Counted from the first letter of the stretch, positions 10,498-20,976 are shown. The stretch is DNA of 64,000 nucleotides from an uncultured candidate division Zixibacteria bacterium (GCA_963801605.1 CAWDFP010000007.1:224001-288000), one strand, 5' to 3'. Translations and numbers: made by a program. The notes: a model not told the origin generated them from the sequence alone.

Positions 10498-12774
10498 ATG
10501 CGTGGCAAGATTTTAACATTGATTCTCTGCATTGTTGCGATTCCCCTAACGCTGCTTGCAGAGCAGTTGACTCCACAGGATATTCGGAATATCGAGTGGC
10601 AAATGAAAACTAGTTATTATGACAAATTAAAGGAAAGATTAAACGAACCTACTATTCTGGATCAAAGTGATTTCGATGTTAAATATTGGGATTTAACCCT
10701 GGATGTTACCGATGTCAGTGGTCAGACGATCAGCGGCAAAGTAATCATGACATCGCAAGCGGTTGTCAACAGCCTATCGACCATTGATTATGATTTGAAC
10801 GCATCGATGATCGTAGATTCCGTCAAGGTCGGAGGACAACCGGCAGTTTATAATCATCACGGCAATATTCTTACCATTACATTAGATCGAGCCTATAATA
10901 TCGGTGAGCTATTCACCACTACAGTCACTTATGGTGGGACTCCGGTCGGAGGCGGTTTCGGCTCATTTACCTGGAATACTCACAACGGCCAGCCGATCAT
11001 TTCGAGTTTATCCGAGCCCGAGGGCGCCAGAGAATGGTGGCCATGCAAGGATCAGCCGCACGACAAAGCCGATTCAGCCGATGTCAGAATCATTACACCC
11101 CTGGCATTAACGGGCACATCCAACGGCCTGCTGGTCAGCAATGTCGATAACGGCAACGGTACCAGGACATTTCACTGGCATGTCTCGTACCCCATAACTA
11201 CTTATCTCATTTGTGTCTCGGTTAGCAACTATCGGAGTTTTACAGACTGGTATGTGTACGCCGACGGCGATTCGATGCCGGTCACGCATTACGTCTATCC
11301 TGAACTATACAACTCGGCCGTAATTGATCTCAGCATTACTCCCGCGGCCATCGGGATTTTCGCCAGTATGTTCGGCGAATATCCTTTTATCACTGAGAAA
11401 TATGGGCACTCGCTGTTCCCCTGGAGCGGCGCCATGGAACATCAGGATAACACCAGCTATGGTTCGATGCTTATCACCGGGAATCATTACTATGATATGA
11501 TCCTGGTTCATGAGCTTTCGCATCAATGGTTCGGCGATATGATCACCTGCGATATATGGCCCGATGTCTGGATGAACGAGGGATTTGCGTCTTATTGCGA
11601 GGCGCTCTATACAGAGCGAACCAGCGGTCTGGCTGCCTATCTAAATTATATGCGAATTAATAACGGCGTTAGCGATCCCAGCGGCCCAATTTACAATCCT
11701 AGCGAGCTCTTTGACGGTAATACCGTTTACAGCAAAGGTTCCTGGGTACTGCATATGCTTCGCGGTGTGATGGGAGATTCGTCATTCATGCAGGGATTCC
11801 GCGCCTACGCCAATAACCCCGATCACATGTACGGCACAATCACTACCCGTCAATTCCAGCATCTTATGGAACCATATTACGGCGCCGATTTGGCCTGGTT
11901 CTTCGATGAGTGGGTTTGGGGTCAAAACCGCCCGATCTATCGTTACTCATGGCTGAAACAGGATATCGGCAACGGGCAGTACGAAATCTTCCTGCATGTT
12001 CGTCAGACTCAAGCCTCCCCCGCTCCAAGCGTTTTTACCATGCCGATCAGGATATATCCGAGAATAAATAACGTCGATACTTTGATTACCGTTTGGAATA
12101 ACAGCCGTATCGGTGATTTCCGATTCATTGTCAACGGCAATCCAACTACTCTCGGATTCGATAAAAACAATTGGATTCTGAGAGATGCCACCAGCGAAAC
12201 CTACGGGCTTAATATCGTCACAACGTCACTGCCTGACGGCAACTATCAGTCTGCTTACAACCAGACTATTGAGGCCAGAGGAGGCACGCAGCCTTATCAT
12301 TATGCGGTATTCTCCGGATCGCTTCCTCCCGATTTAAACCTTAATCTCGATACCGGCGTTATCAGCGGTAATTTGACTACAATCGGTACATATACATTTA
12401 CGATCCGATGCACTGATTCATCGAGCCCGGCCAAGAACGATGATCAGGATTACACTATCCACGTGCTCGAGGTCCAGGGCATCTCTGATCAAAACCCGGG
12501 CAACATCCCCACCGATTTTATGGCGATGGGAAACTACCCCAATCCGTTCAACTCCTCGACAGTAATCAAACTCGATCTGCCGGAAGCCGGGAATATTAAA
12601 GTCGATATATATAATATGCTCGGCCAGCATATCGGAACTCTATTCGATGGTTATATGGGCGCCGGTGAAAAAGAGATTGTTTGGAATGGCAATGCGGTTT
12701 CATCGGGAATTTACTTCTACAAAGTGACATCGGGCGACAGAACTGCTACCCGAAAGATGCTCTTGATTAAGTAG
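10498..12774 (+). CDS. Exported M1 family zinc aminopeptidase with Ig-like (He_PIG-type) and NYPNPFN sorting domain
   Basis: GAMEH, HELSHQWFG..WMNEGFA (HExxH-18x-E), YSKG; signal peptide from ATG 10498; C-terminal GNYPNPFN...SSGIYFYK...RKMLLIK. Confidence 0.93.
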   Translation: MRGKILTLILCIVAIPLTLLAEQLTPQDIRNIEWQMKTSYYDKLKERLNEPTILDQSDFDVKYWDLTLDVTDVSGQTISGKVIMTSQAVVNSLSTIDYDLNASMIVDSVKVGGQPAVYNHHGNILTITLDRAYNIGELFTTTVTYGGTPVGGGFGSFTWNTHNGQPIISSLSEPEGAREWWPCKDQPHDKADSADVRIITPLALTGTSNGLLVSNVDNGNGTRTFHWHVSYPITTYLICVSVSNYRSFTDWYVYADGDSMPVTHYVYPELYNSAVIDLSITPAAIGIFASMFGEYPFITEKYGHSLFPWSGAMEHQDNTSYGSMLITGNHYYDMILVHELSHQWFGDMITCDIWPDVWMNEGFASYCEALYTERTSGLAAYLNYMRINNGVSDPSGPIYNPSELFDGNTVYSKGSWVLHMLRGVMGDSSFMQGFRAYANNPDHMYGTITTRQFQHLMEPYYGADLAWFFDEWVWGQNRPIYRYSWLKQDIGNGQYEIFLHVRQTQASPAPSVFTMPIRIYPRINNVDTLITVWNNSRIGDFRFIVNGNPTTLGFDKNNWILRDATSETYGLNIVTTSLPDGNYQSAYNQTIEARGGTQPYHYAVFSGSLPPDLNLNLDTGVISGNLTTIGTYTFTIRCTDSSSPAKNDDQDYTIHVLEVQGISDQNPGNIPTDFMAMGNYPNPFNSSTVIKLDLPEAGNIKVDIYNMLGQHIGTLFDGYMGAGEKEIVWNGNAVSSGIYFYKVTSGDRTATRKMLLIK

Positions 12775-12793
12775 CATTAAAAATAGAAATAAG

Positions 12794-12821
12794 AAAAGCC
12801 CCGCTCGTTAGCGGGGCTTTT
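12794..12821. terminator. Bidirectional intrinsic terminator
   Basis: AAAAGCCCCGC-TCGTTA-GCGGGGCTTTT between convergent genes. Confidence 0.85.
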
Positions 12822-12864
12822 GATTTTCGAGGCATATTTTAGTTATTCCCCACGCCGATTAATC

Positions 12865-13383
12865 TTAATTAGTCTCTCTAAAACGCAGGACGGAAAATGT
12901 CCAAATAATAATCGCCAGGCCCATCAGCGCAGTTAGAAGCACCGGCGATAGAGCAGCCTTGTTTAAATACGAAACTACGGATTCCCTGGTTATACCCATA
13001 GAACTCGAGAAGCCCCAGATTCGATTTAATTCGTCTGCAGTTTTAGCCATGCCGCCGATAATAATTTTTTGGTTGGCCATTGTAAGCGCAATAATGATTA
13101 AATATATCGCTCCCAATAGAGCCAATCGAATTCTGTTAACGATTGCCATTGGGCTGACAATTTTAGCCTCCAGCCTCACCGCCTTCATTACATTTACCGC
13201 TATCGATTCAGGAGCCGAACTCGGTAGAAGCGAGTTAAAAGCGTTTTCGGCGCCAGTTTCAAGCATCCCCAATTTCCGGCATGACTCGCACGATTCGATG
13301 TGAGCCATAAAAGCATTATGATCGTATACGGCATCAAGCGGTGATGCCAGAATTCTTTCAATGTCATCACAACTATACTGCAT
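12865..13383 (-). CDS. Putative zinc-finger membrane anti-sigma factor
   Basis: HIESCESC (HxxxCxxC ZAS motif), two hydrophobic helices, overlaps the 3' end of the ECF sigma gene. Confidence 0.75.
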   Translation of the reverse strand: MQYSCDDIERILASPLDAVYDHNAFMAHIESCESCRKLGMLETGAENAFNSLLPSSAPESIAVNVMKAVRLEAKIVSPMAIVNRIRLALLGAIYLIIIALTMANQKIIIGGMAKTADELNRIWGFSSSMGITRESVVSYLNKAALSPVLLTALMGLAIIIWTFSVLRFRETN

Positions 13384-13981
13384 TATTTCCCCACAATTTC
13401 CTTAATTCGTGTTTAGCTCTGAATAACCTGACCTTTACAGTCCCAATCGGGCAGTTCAGGATTTCGGCAATTTCCTCATACTTAAGGTCATCATAATAAT
13501 GGAAAATGATGACTGCCTTCAATTCCGGATTAAGTTTATCGATCAATTTTCGAAGATAATATTTGGCCGGGTGATGAACAGAATTATGATTCTCAATTTC
13601 CCGAGTATTATCCTCGATAGATTCCATATTATTCGGCATTTTCTTTATATGCGTCATCGACGTATTATAGGCAATTCGGTATAGCCAGGTTTTAAAGCCT
13701 GATTTTCTCTCGAAATGACTCAAGGCTCGGTATGCCCGCAGGAATACCTCCTGGGAAACATCCCTGGCTTCGTCCTCCGACTTAACCAGGCCCCTGGCCA
13801 GAGTAAACACAAAATCCTCATATCTTCTGACCAGGATACTAAAAGCCTCACTATCTCCGTTGGCAACAAAACCGATTATCTCCTCATCGTAATAATAATC
13901 GCTTGAGGCTCTGGCCCTGACGGCGCCAGTGCGTCTTAAAAAGGTTTTTGCCAGCGATGTAACGTAAGCCTCATTGCTCAT
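13373..13981 (-). CDS. ECF-family RNA polymerase sigma factor
   Basis: DVSQEVFLRAY, FKTWLYRIAYN (region 2), YEEIAEILNCPIGTVKVRLFRAK (region 4). Confidence 0.93.
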   Translation of the reverse strand: MSNEAYVTSLAKTFLRRTGAVRARASSDYYYDEEIIGFVANGDSEAFSILVRRYEDFVFTLARGLVKSEDEARDVSQEVFLRAYRALSHFERKSGFKTWLYRIAYNTSMTHIKKMPNNMESIEDNTREIENHNSVHHPAKYYLRKLIDKLNPELKAVIIFHYYDDLKYEEIAEILNCPIGTVKVRLFRAKHELRKLWGNNAV

Positions 13982-14096
13982 TTTTATCCCTTTGACCTTA
14001 TATACGATTAATTTGTTTCAATGGGTGCGCCTTATTTTTTTGAAACAATCCGCGCTATTCCGAGGTCAAAGCGACAAAAGAACGAATGGAGGAATA

Positions 14097-14477
14097 ATGT
14101 GGCAGGGAGACCCAAATATCGGCGTAGTAATGATAATCATGGTCATCTTTTGTTCGATGGCCGCAGTGCCAATTCTAATCGGGCTGCTAATCTTCAACAA
14201 CGCCAAAAAGAAACGCGAAGCGGAATTAATGAAATTATCGGTTGAGAAGGGATTACCAATCCCGATTTTCCCAGAAAAGCATTCCATTTACGGCACTCTT
14301 AAGGCCGGCCTTATTTGGATCGCGGTCGGAATCGGGATAATCCTGATGGTTGCAATTGAAAGTGAAGGCCGTATGGAAGGCGTTTCCCTGGGATTCCTTC
14401 CGATCCTGGTAGGTGTTGCCCTTATAATCAGTTGGAAACTGGAGATTCGTGAAGCCAGGAAAACCTCGTCTGAATAA
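14097..14477 (+). CDS. Small membrane protein (DUF6249-like), divergent from the ECF sigma gene
   Basis: ATG 14097 with GGAGGA RBS; TM-'REAELMKLSVEKG'-'LKAGLIWIAVGIG'-TM pattern. Confidence 0.65.
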   Translation: MWQGDPNIGVVMIIMVIFCSMAAVPILIGLLIFNNAKKKREAELMKLSVEKGLPIPIFPEKHSIYGTLKAGLIWIAVGIGIILMVAIESEGRMEGVSLGFLPILVGVALIISWKLEIREARKTSSE

Positions 14478-14514
14478 ACAGAGCCATCAATTAAAGCTTT
14501 TAGGGCTTAAATCA

Positions 14515-14552
14515 AACCGCCGGATCAATAGCAATCCGGCGGTTACTTTTTT
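14515..14552. terminator. Intrinsic terminator, probably bidirectional
   Basis: AACCGCCGGAT-8 nt-ATCCGGCGGTT followed by a T-run, between convergent genes. Confidence 0.8.
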
Positions 14553-14553
14553 A

Positions 14554-14691
14554 TTAATCGGATTTTTTATCGCTCCCACCGGGAGCCTTAGGGCGAACGC
14601 TTCAGGTTGGGATTCCGAATTTTGGCAGGATATATCGGGATACGGCAAACCAAATTAGGATGATTGCCAATATTTCAAGTAATTCTTTCAT
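14554..14691 (-). CDS. Unannotated small membrane protein: 29 aa if UGA is stop, 45 aa candidate selenoprotein if UGA30 is Sec
   Basis: AGGTGG RBS, MKELLEILAIILIWFAVSRYILPKFGIPT-TGA(14602-14604)-SVRPKAPGGSDKKSD-TAA TAA; hairpin GCTCCC-GGT-GGGAGC begins 15 nt after the UGA. Confidence 0.6.
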
Positions 14692-14738
14692 GCTAACCAC
14701 CTATCTAATTAAATACCATATACTTACGATTGCTCCGT

Positions 14739-15884
14739 TTATTCGATCTCCTTAAGAATATTTCGTGAGATAACCAGCCGCTGAATTTCGGATGTCCCTT
14801 CCCCTATCTCGCAAAGCTTTAAGTCGCGATGCATCCGTTCCACCGGGTAGCGAGAGCCATAGCCCTCAGCCCCTAAGATCATCATTGCCTGGTAGGTAAC
14901 GAAATTTCCTATCTCCGATGCGTATAGTTTGGCCATAGCGGCCTCGTTTGTAAACCTGCGCTTGCCCTCATCTTTGAGGATCGCGGGATGATAAACCAGA
15001 TGACGGGCGGCCTGAAGATAGGTCGCCATATCAGCCAACTTAAAACCAACCGCTTGAAAATCTGCAATTGGCTCTCCGAATTGCTCATGATGTTTAGCAT
15101 ACTTGATAGCTACATCGTACGCACCCTGAGCCAAACCAAGCGCCATTGCCGCAATTGAAATTCGGCCGCCGTCAAGCGTCATCATAAACTGCTTGAAACC
15201 GGAGCCAATATCGCCCATCAAATCACTCGAAGGGATAAAACAATCGTCAAAATGCAATACACGGGTATCGGAGCCCCTAACGCCAAGTTTATTTTCCTTT
15301 TTGCCAATCGAAAAACCCTTAGCTCCCGATTTGATGATAAAGGATGAAATAGCATGAGTGTCTTTGGCGTGCGATGTTCTGGCGGTAAATACAATGGTCG
15401 AGGCTAACCCGCCATTGGTGATCCAGCATTTGGAGCCATTAACCTTGAATCCACCATCGACCTGTTCTGCGAAAGTCCTGGTGCCTCCGGCATCCGAACC
15501 TGCTCCCGGTTCCGATAAACCAAACGCCGCCAACTTACCGCCGGTGGCAATTTCGGGAAGGTATTTGCTCTTTTGATCTTCAGTACCGAAAGCATAGATC
15601 GGCCAGCAACCGAGAGAATTATGCGCCGCCAGGATAATGCCGCTTGATCCGCAGACGCGAGATACCTCTTCAACAGCAATGATATAAGTCAGGGTATCAA
15701 CAAATGTCCCGCCATATTTGGAGGGTACCGTCATACCCAATAGGCCAAGTTCATTCATTTTGCCTATGAGATGTTCGGGGTAATGCTGATCCTCATCCAT
15801 CTTAGCGGCGTAAGGCGCGATTTCACGCTCGGCAAACTCCCTGATTTGAGAGCGAAACTTCTCCTGCTTTTCGGTCGTCCACAT
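14739..15884 (-). CDS. Acyl-CoA dehydrogenase (short/branched-chain type)
   Basis: FGLSEPGAGSDA, NGSKCWITNG, GGRISIAA, EIGEGTSEIQR. Confidence 0.95.
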   Translation of the reverse strand: MWTTEKQEKFRSQIREFAEREIAPYAAKMDEDQHYPEHLIGKMNELGLLGMTVPSKYGGTFVDTLTYIIAVEEVSRVCGSSGIILAAHNSLGCWPIYAFGTEDQKSKYLPEIATGGKLAAFGLSEPGAGSDAGGTRTFAEQVDGGFKVNGSKCWITNGGLASTIVFTARTSHAKDTHAISSFIIKSGAKGFSIGKKENKLGVRGSDTRVLHFDDCFIPSSDLMGDIGSGFKQFMMTLDGGRISIAAMALGLAQGAYDVAIKYAKHHEQFGEPIADFQAVGFKLADMATYLQAARHLVYHPAILKDEGKRRFTNEAAMAKLYASEIGNFVTYQAMMILGAEGYGSRYPVERMHRDLKLCEIGEGTSEIQRLVISRNILKEIE

Positions 15885-15903
15885 CCTGACTAATCCTTTT
15901 CAG

Positions 15904-17049
15904 CTACTTTTTTCCCAGATTACGATAGATAACCATCCTCTGGGCTTCCGATGTCCCCTCGTATATTTCTGTAACGCGAGCATCGCGGAAATAACGCTCA
16001 ACAGGGTACTCCTTGACATAGCCATAGCCGCCGTGAATCTGAACAGCCTGATTGACCACCCAGTTAGCGGCTTCGGAGGCAAATAGCTTCGCCATCGAAC
16101 AATATTTGGATGCCTCTCGTCCAATCCTATCTTTCTTCCAGGCAGCCGAATGAATTAATAAACGAGCCGCCTCAATCTTGAGCGCCATATCGGCCAACTT
16201 GAATTGGATGGCCTGGAAACTGGCAATCGGCTGATCGAACTGCACTCTTTCCTGCGCATACTTATAAGCTTCTTCATAGGCCGCCTGAGCTATGCCCAAT
16301 GCCTGGGCTGCAATCCCAATTCGGCCGCCATCGAGAAGCGATAGGGCAATTTTAAAGCCCTGGTTTTTTTCGCCGATCAGGTTTCCCTTGGGCACAGCGC
16401 AATCGGTAAACATTACCTGACGAGTATCCGATGCCTTCAAGCCCATCTTTTTCTCTTTGGCGCCCAGACTCATCCCCGGCGTATCTTTATCGACTATCAG
16501 ACAGGAAACTCCCTTTGAGCCTTTGGAACGATCTGTAGAGACAAAAACAACATACATCCCGGCTAAACCCGCTGACGTTACCCAGGATTTGGTGCCGTTA
16601 AGTACGAAGTTATCTCCCTTTTCCATCGCTTGACAGGTAAGCGAGCCGGCATCCGTGCCTGAACCAGGCTCAGAAAGACAGTAGGAACCAAACAATTCGC
16701 CCGTCGCCATCCTGGGCAGATATTTATCTTTGAGACAGTCAGCGCCCCATTCGAGAATAGCCTTGCAACACAGGGAATTATGCACTGAAAGCCCAACCAT
16801 TACACCCGCTGATCCCCGAGCCAACTCCTCCATGGCGCAGGCATAGGATAGCGTATCGAGATCGAGGCCGCCGTATTTCTCGGGAAGCAGCATTCCGAAA
16901 TATCCCAGCTTTGCTAACTCACTGTAAATTTCCGGAGGGACTTTTTCCTCTTCATCCATTTTCTCGGCTATCGGCATGAGCTTTTTTTCGGCAAACTCCC
17001 GAGCCGCATCACGCATTAAAATCTGATCTTCGCCTAATTCAAAATCCAT
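15904..17049 (-). CDS. Acyl-CoA (butyryl-CoA-like) dehydrogenase
   Basis: YCLSEPGSGTDA, GGRIGIAAQALG, QIHGGYGY, EIYEGTSEAQR; likely start MDFELG. Confidence 0.95.
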   Translation of the reverse strand: MDFELGEDQILMRDAAREFAEKKLMPIAEKMDEEEKVPPEIYSELAKLGYFGMLLPEKYGGLDLDTLSYACAMEELARGSAGVMVGLSVHNSLCCKAILEWGADCLKDKYLPRMATGELFGSYCLSEPGSGTDAGSLTCQAMEKGDNFVLNGTKSWVTSAGLAGMYVVFVSTDRSKGSKGVSCLIVDKDTPGMSLGAKEKKMGLKASDTRQVMFTDCAVPKGNLIGEKNQGFKIALSLLDGGRIGIAAQALGIAQAAYEEAYKYAQERVQFDQPIASFQAIQFKLADMALKIEAARLLIHSAAWKKDRIGREASKYCSMAKLFASEAANWVVNQAVQIHGGYGYVKEYPVERYFRDARVTEIYEGTSEAQRMVIYRNLGKK

Positions 17050-17060
17050 ATTATTCCCTC

Positions 17061-17915
17061 TCACTTCTCGTATGTATAGAAGCCTCGTCCGGTTTTACGT
17101 CCCAGATAACCGGCCTGTACCATTTTCTTTAGAAGCGGGCACGGACGGTACTTCGAATCCGAATAGCCCTCATAAAGGACATTCATGATATCGAGGCACA
17201 CGTCAAGTCCGATAAAATCGGCCAGAGTCAACGGGCCCATGGGATGATTCATCCCCAGTTTCATGACTGTATCAATCGATTCCTTGGTTGCTACACCTTC
17301 CATCAGGCAGCAAATTGCTTCATTTATCATGGGTATTAACACCCTATTAGAAATGAAACCCGGATAATCGTTGACCTCCACCGGCGTTTTTCCCAACTTT
17401 ATGCAAACATCCTTGATAATTTTCGAGGTTTCATCAGAAGTTGCAATTCCCCGGATAAGCTCAACAAGCTTCATCATCGGGACCGGGTTCATGAAATGCA
17501 TCCCAATAACTTTGTCAGCACGCTTGGTTTTTGCGGCAATCCCGGTTACCGAAAGGGAGGAAGTATTTGATGCCAGAATCGTTTCGGGTCTGCAAATCAC
17601 GTCTAATTTGGAGAATATATCGGTTTTGGCGCTCATATTTTCGAACACGGCCTCGATAACCAGGTCTCCCGCGCAGGCATCTTCAAGCCTAATCGAGGTG
17701 CCAATCCTTCCAATCGTGGCGGCTACATCGCCAGGCTGTATTGTTCCCTTTTGGGCTTGCCGTTCCAGATTTTTCTTGATCGTCCCCAGGGCGCGGTCAA
17801 TAAATTCCTGCTTGATATCGATCAGAAGAACCTCAAACCCGCTCTGGGCACAAACGTGGGCTATCCCGTTTCCCATCGTACCACTGCCAACTACCACCAC
17901 TTTTTTTAATGCCAT
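17061..17915 (-). CDS. hbd: 3-hydroxybutyryl-CoA dehydrogenase
   Basis: [40 protein letters not shown]. Confidence 0.95.
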   Translation of the reverse strand: MALKKVVVVGSGTMGNGIAHVCAQSGFEVLLIDIKQEFIDRALGTIKKNLERQAQKGTIQPGDVAATIGRIGTSIRLEDACAGDLVIEAVFENMSAKTDIFSKLDVICRPETILASNTSSLSVTGIAAKTKRADKVIGMHFMNPVPMMKLVELIRGIATSDETSKIIKDVCIKLGKTPVEVNDYPGFISNRVLIPMINEAICCLMEGVATKESIDTVMKLGMNHPMGPLTLADFIGLDVCLDIMNVLYEGYSDSKYRPCPLLKKMVQAGYLGRKTGRGFYTYEK

Positions 17916-18136
17916 TTCATTAACCTTTCATCAAATGCAATTCAAATCTCATCAATTTATCGGCATCTTTGCATCAATTAAGCCCGTTAACCATCGAAGA
18001 AGTAGACTTAATGGCCGAGCTTGTCACGCGATCAAATTCGCCGCACTAGACCAATGTATCGTGTAATATATAGCTTTAGGAACCCGTTATGTCAATCAAA
18101 CAGGTAGAATTCCTAATAACAAAATTCGGGCTTTTC

Positions 18137-18877
18137 CTATTTTAGATCGAAGGCGCGAAGCGTCATAACTTTGTATCGCCGAAAATTAGCAGGCGCCCCG
18201 ATGCTGTCCAGAGCCGCAAATTCGCCGTAATCGGTGACCGAGGCTATAAGTCCGTCGTTGGAATATGCTTCTTTTACGAGCGTGCTATCCTGCGCGCCCT
18301 CACCAATAGGAGGAAGCCTGTACTCCATGACATCGCACTCGATCGGACCCATGCCGGTATAAGCGATAGCGGTGCCTGTCACTCTCTTTTGGACAATAAA
18401 TTGATCGAAATACGACGTGTTCCATCTTTTGTTTTGAATTAATGGCATATTAAGAAAATTATTGGGTTCATTAAGATAGAATGTATCCGATGGTATACCT
18501 CCAAAAATAGCAAGCGAGCCATATATACCAACAAGCGAGTCTCTTGTCATGATCCAGAATTGCTCTATCAGAGTCCTTCCAAGATAATCGGAATTGAAAG
18601 TCGAATCCACTACCAGGAAAGTTTGAAGCGAATCGCGAAGCATACTGGGGCCAACGACCACCCTATGAATCATCGATACTAGCGAATCGGTGGCATAATT
18701 CCCGCTGGGCGTAACGGTATATAATACTGATTTATAATACCAGCTATTCCCCGCCGTAAGCGGAAAAAAAGCTGTTGGATTTTTGACAATGTTTTCTTGC
18801 GGCGGAGTGGGCTTCTTATGGCAGCCGAATATTAATAATGATATAAGAAGAACGAATACAATTTTAAATCTATTCAT
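18137..18877 (-). CDS. Hypothetical lipoprotein
   Basis: MNRFKIVFVLLISLLIFG-C lipobox; FFPLTAGNSWYY motif. Confidence 0.7.
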   Translation of the reverse strand: MNRFKIVFVLLISLLIFGCHKKPTPPQENIVKNPTAFFPLTAGNSWYYKSVLYTVTPSGNYATDSLVSMIHRVVVGPSMLRDSLQTFLVVDSTFNSDYLGRTLIEQFWIMTRDSLVGIYGSLAIFGGIPSDTFYLNEPNNFLNMPLIQNKRWNTSYFDQFIVQKRVTGTAIAYTGMGPIECDVMEYRLPPIGEGAQDSTLVKEAYSNDGLIASVTDYGEFAALDSIGAPANFRRYKVMTLRAFDLK

Positions 18878-18921
18878 CGCAATTCCCCTGCGTATATCGC
18901 CAACAGAATAAGTGCCGAATA

Positions 18922-19658
18922 TCATGGCCCCAGCTCAATATTAATCAACTCTGTTGTGCTGATGGCCCGAATAGAATCAATAACAATATTTGAATCGTAT
19001 ACAGCTATCGGCCAGTCCTGTCTGACACTCCTAATCCATCCTTCGTTTGAGTACCAATCCCTATAGTCGGATGAATCCGCATTCAAGTCGCCGCCGGCGG
19101 CGTGGCTGCCGACAATATCACAATCAAAGGATTTATTTGCACAAGAGATTGTCTCTTTTCCCAAAACCGAATATTTTATCGAGACAAACGGCATAATATT
19201 GCTCCACCAAATCTTTTCTTCAGTTAGAGGGTAATCAACTAAGACCACCGCCGAATCGTAAAACCAGGGCGGATCCGATCCCCCGCCGGAATGGATATTT
19301 TGATAGCCGTATTCCTTCAACTTGAAATCCCGCAAAGCCCACCAACGTCTTTTACCTCCCCATAGGCTCTCATGACCAGCCTGGAATGATGAGTCAATAA
19401 CAATGGCTGCGACTATGGAGTTATCCAAAGTATCCAATCCTACTACGCGTCTTATCAAAGTGTAAGACGTGGTTTCAGGGCGTCTGAGCCGTATTATACG
19501 GGATTTTTATATAATTCCATCGATACTGCCAGAGATTGCCAACCTGGAGGGGAAATGTCGAGGTATGATTATCGGGCTTGGTTCCCTTGTCGCTACAAGA
19601 ACCAATTAGGCCAGTATTAACCGCGGCGCATCCATAAGACAAAGCGGGAGGCTTTCAT
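18922..19658 (-). CDS. Hypothetical lipoprotein, paralog of 18137..18877; 5' part broken by at least two +1 indels
   Basis: AAGGAG RBS and ATG 19658 (MKASRFVLWM); +1 frame reads LIGS-C-SDKGTKPDNHTSTFPLQVGNLWQY; second shift near 19480 joins ORF 18922..19458. Confidence 0.65.
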
Positions 19659-19746
19659 AGCATCTCCTTTTTTGTTAAGAGTATTTTGCCGTTTGTAGTA
19701 CGTTGGGGCGGATGCTTTATTCCCTATGGAATAATAGCTTAATTCA

Positions 19747-19779
19747 GGCGGCGTCAGGCAACGCATGCCTGACGCCACC
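19747..19779. repeat. GC-rich inverted repeat (REP-like or terminator hairpin)
   Basis: GGCGGCGTCAGGCA-ACGCA-TGCCTGACGCCACC just downstream of thiolase. Confidence 0.6.
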
Positions 19780-19791
19780 ATCAAAAATAGT

Positions 19792-20976
19792 CTATATCAA
19801 CTCAATCGCCAGCGCTACGGCATTACCGCCGCCAAGGCATAAAGTCGCCATACCGGTTTTGAGACCGCGATCCTTCAAGGCATATATCAAAGTAGTCAGG
19901 ATTCTCGCACCGGAGGCGCCAATTGGATGACCCAGTGCAATCGCGCCGCCATTGACATTAACGCGCGAATAATCCCATTTCAACTCATTGCCATCAGCCA
20001 GACATTGGGCCGCAAACGCTTCATTGGCCTCGATCAGGTCCCAATGGTTGATATCGACTTTCATACGATCCATGAGTTTACGAACCGCATATATCGGCGC
20101 GAAAAATAGCTCTTTGGGATCAACACCGGCGGAAACATAATCGACGATTCTGGCCAGCGGTTTGTGGCCATGCTTCTGCGCATACTCCATCGAGGCTACG
20201 ATTACCGCTGATGAACCATCATTGAGGCCCGGCGCGTTGCCCGGAGTGATGATACCGTCCTTTTGGAAAGCCGGTTTCAGTTTGGCAAGTTTTTCCATCG
20301 TGGTATCACCGCGCGGACCTTCATCGGTATCGAATATTTTTGGATCGCCCTTGGGTTGCTTAATCTCGATTGGGAAAATCTCCTTCTTAAATTTGCCCGC
20401 TTTTATTGCCGCGGCCGCCTTTAGCTGCGAATCAACCGAATATTGATCCAGCATCTCACGGGTCAGGCAAGCCTTTTGAGCGGTATATTCGGCAGCGTTT
20501 CCCATGTGGAAATTGTGGAATGAATCCCAAAGGCCATCCAAAATCATAACATCGATAAGCTGCTTGTGTCCGAGCTTGAGACCGGTCTTCGCCCCCGGAA
20601 TTATATATGGCGTATTTGACATCGATTCCTGACCGCCGGCAACAAACAGGTTGCCATCGCCCGCTTTAATCGCCTGAGCAGAAAGCATCACCGCCTTGAG
20701 GCCGCTTCCGCAAACCTTGTTGATTGTTAGAGCCGGCACTTTCGATGGTACTCCGCTATGAATCCCTGCTTGACGAGCCGGAGCCTGCCCGGAGCCGCCT
20801 TGCACCACCTGCCCCATTATCACTTCATCGATATCCTCAGCGTTGATCCCCGCTCGCTTGACCGCCTCGCGGATAGCCAAGGCGCCTAACTGCGGCGCAG
20901 AAAACGACGATAGTGATCCTAGATATGTTCCTATAGCCGATCTGGCGGCCGATAAAATTACTGCTTGATTTGCCAT
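19792..20976 (-). CDS. Acetyl-CoA C-acetyltransferase (thiolase)
   Basis: INKVCGSG, NEAFA, GGAIALGHPIGASG, LCLGGG. Confidence 0.96.
   Translation of the reverse strand: MANQAVILSAARSAIGTYLGSLSSFSAPQLGALAIREAVKRAGINAEDIDEVIMGQVVQGGSGQAPARQAGIHSGVPSKVPALTINKVCGSGLKAVMLSAQAIKAGDGNLFVAGGQESMSNTPYIIPGAKTGLKLGHKQLIDVMILDGLWDSFHNFHMGNAAEYTAQKACLTREMLDQYSVDSQLKAAAAIKAGKFKKEIFPIEIKQPKGDPKIFDTDEGPRGDTTMEKLAKLKPAFQKDGIITPGNAPGLNDGSSAVIVASMEYAQKHGHKPLARIVDYVSAGVDPKELFFAPIYAVRKLMDRMKVDINHWDLIEANEAFAAQCLADGNELKWDYSRVNVNGGAIALGHPIGASGARILTTLIYALKDRGLKTGMATLCLGGGNAVALAIELI

Noticed and set aside
14449..14658. 69-aa plus-strand ORF
   Set aside because: Runs through a terminator and is antisense to the better-supported small ORF 14554..14691.
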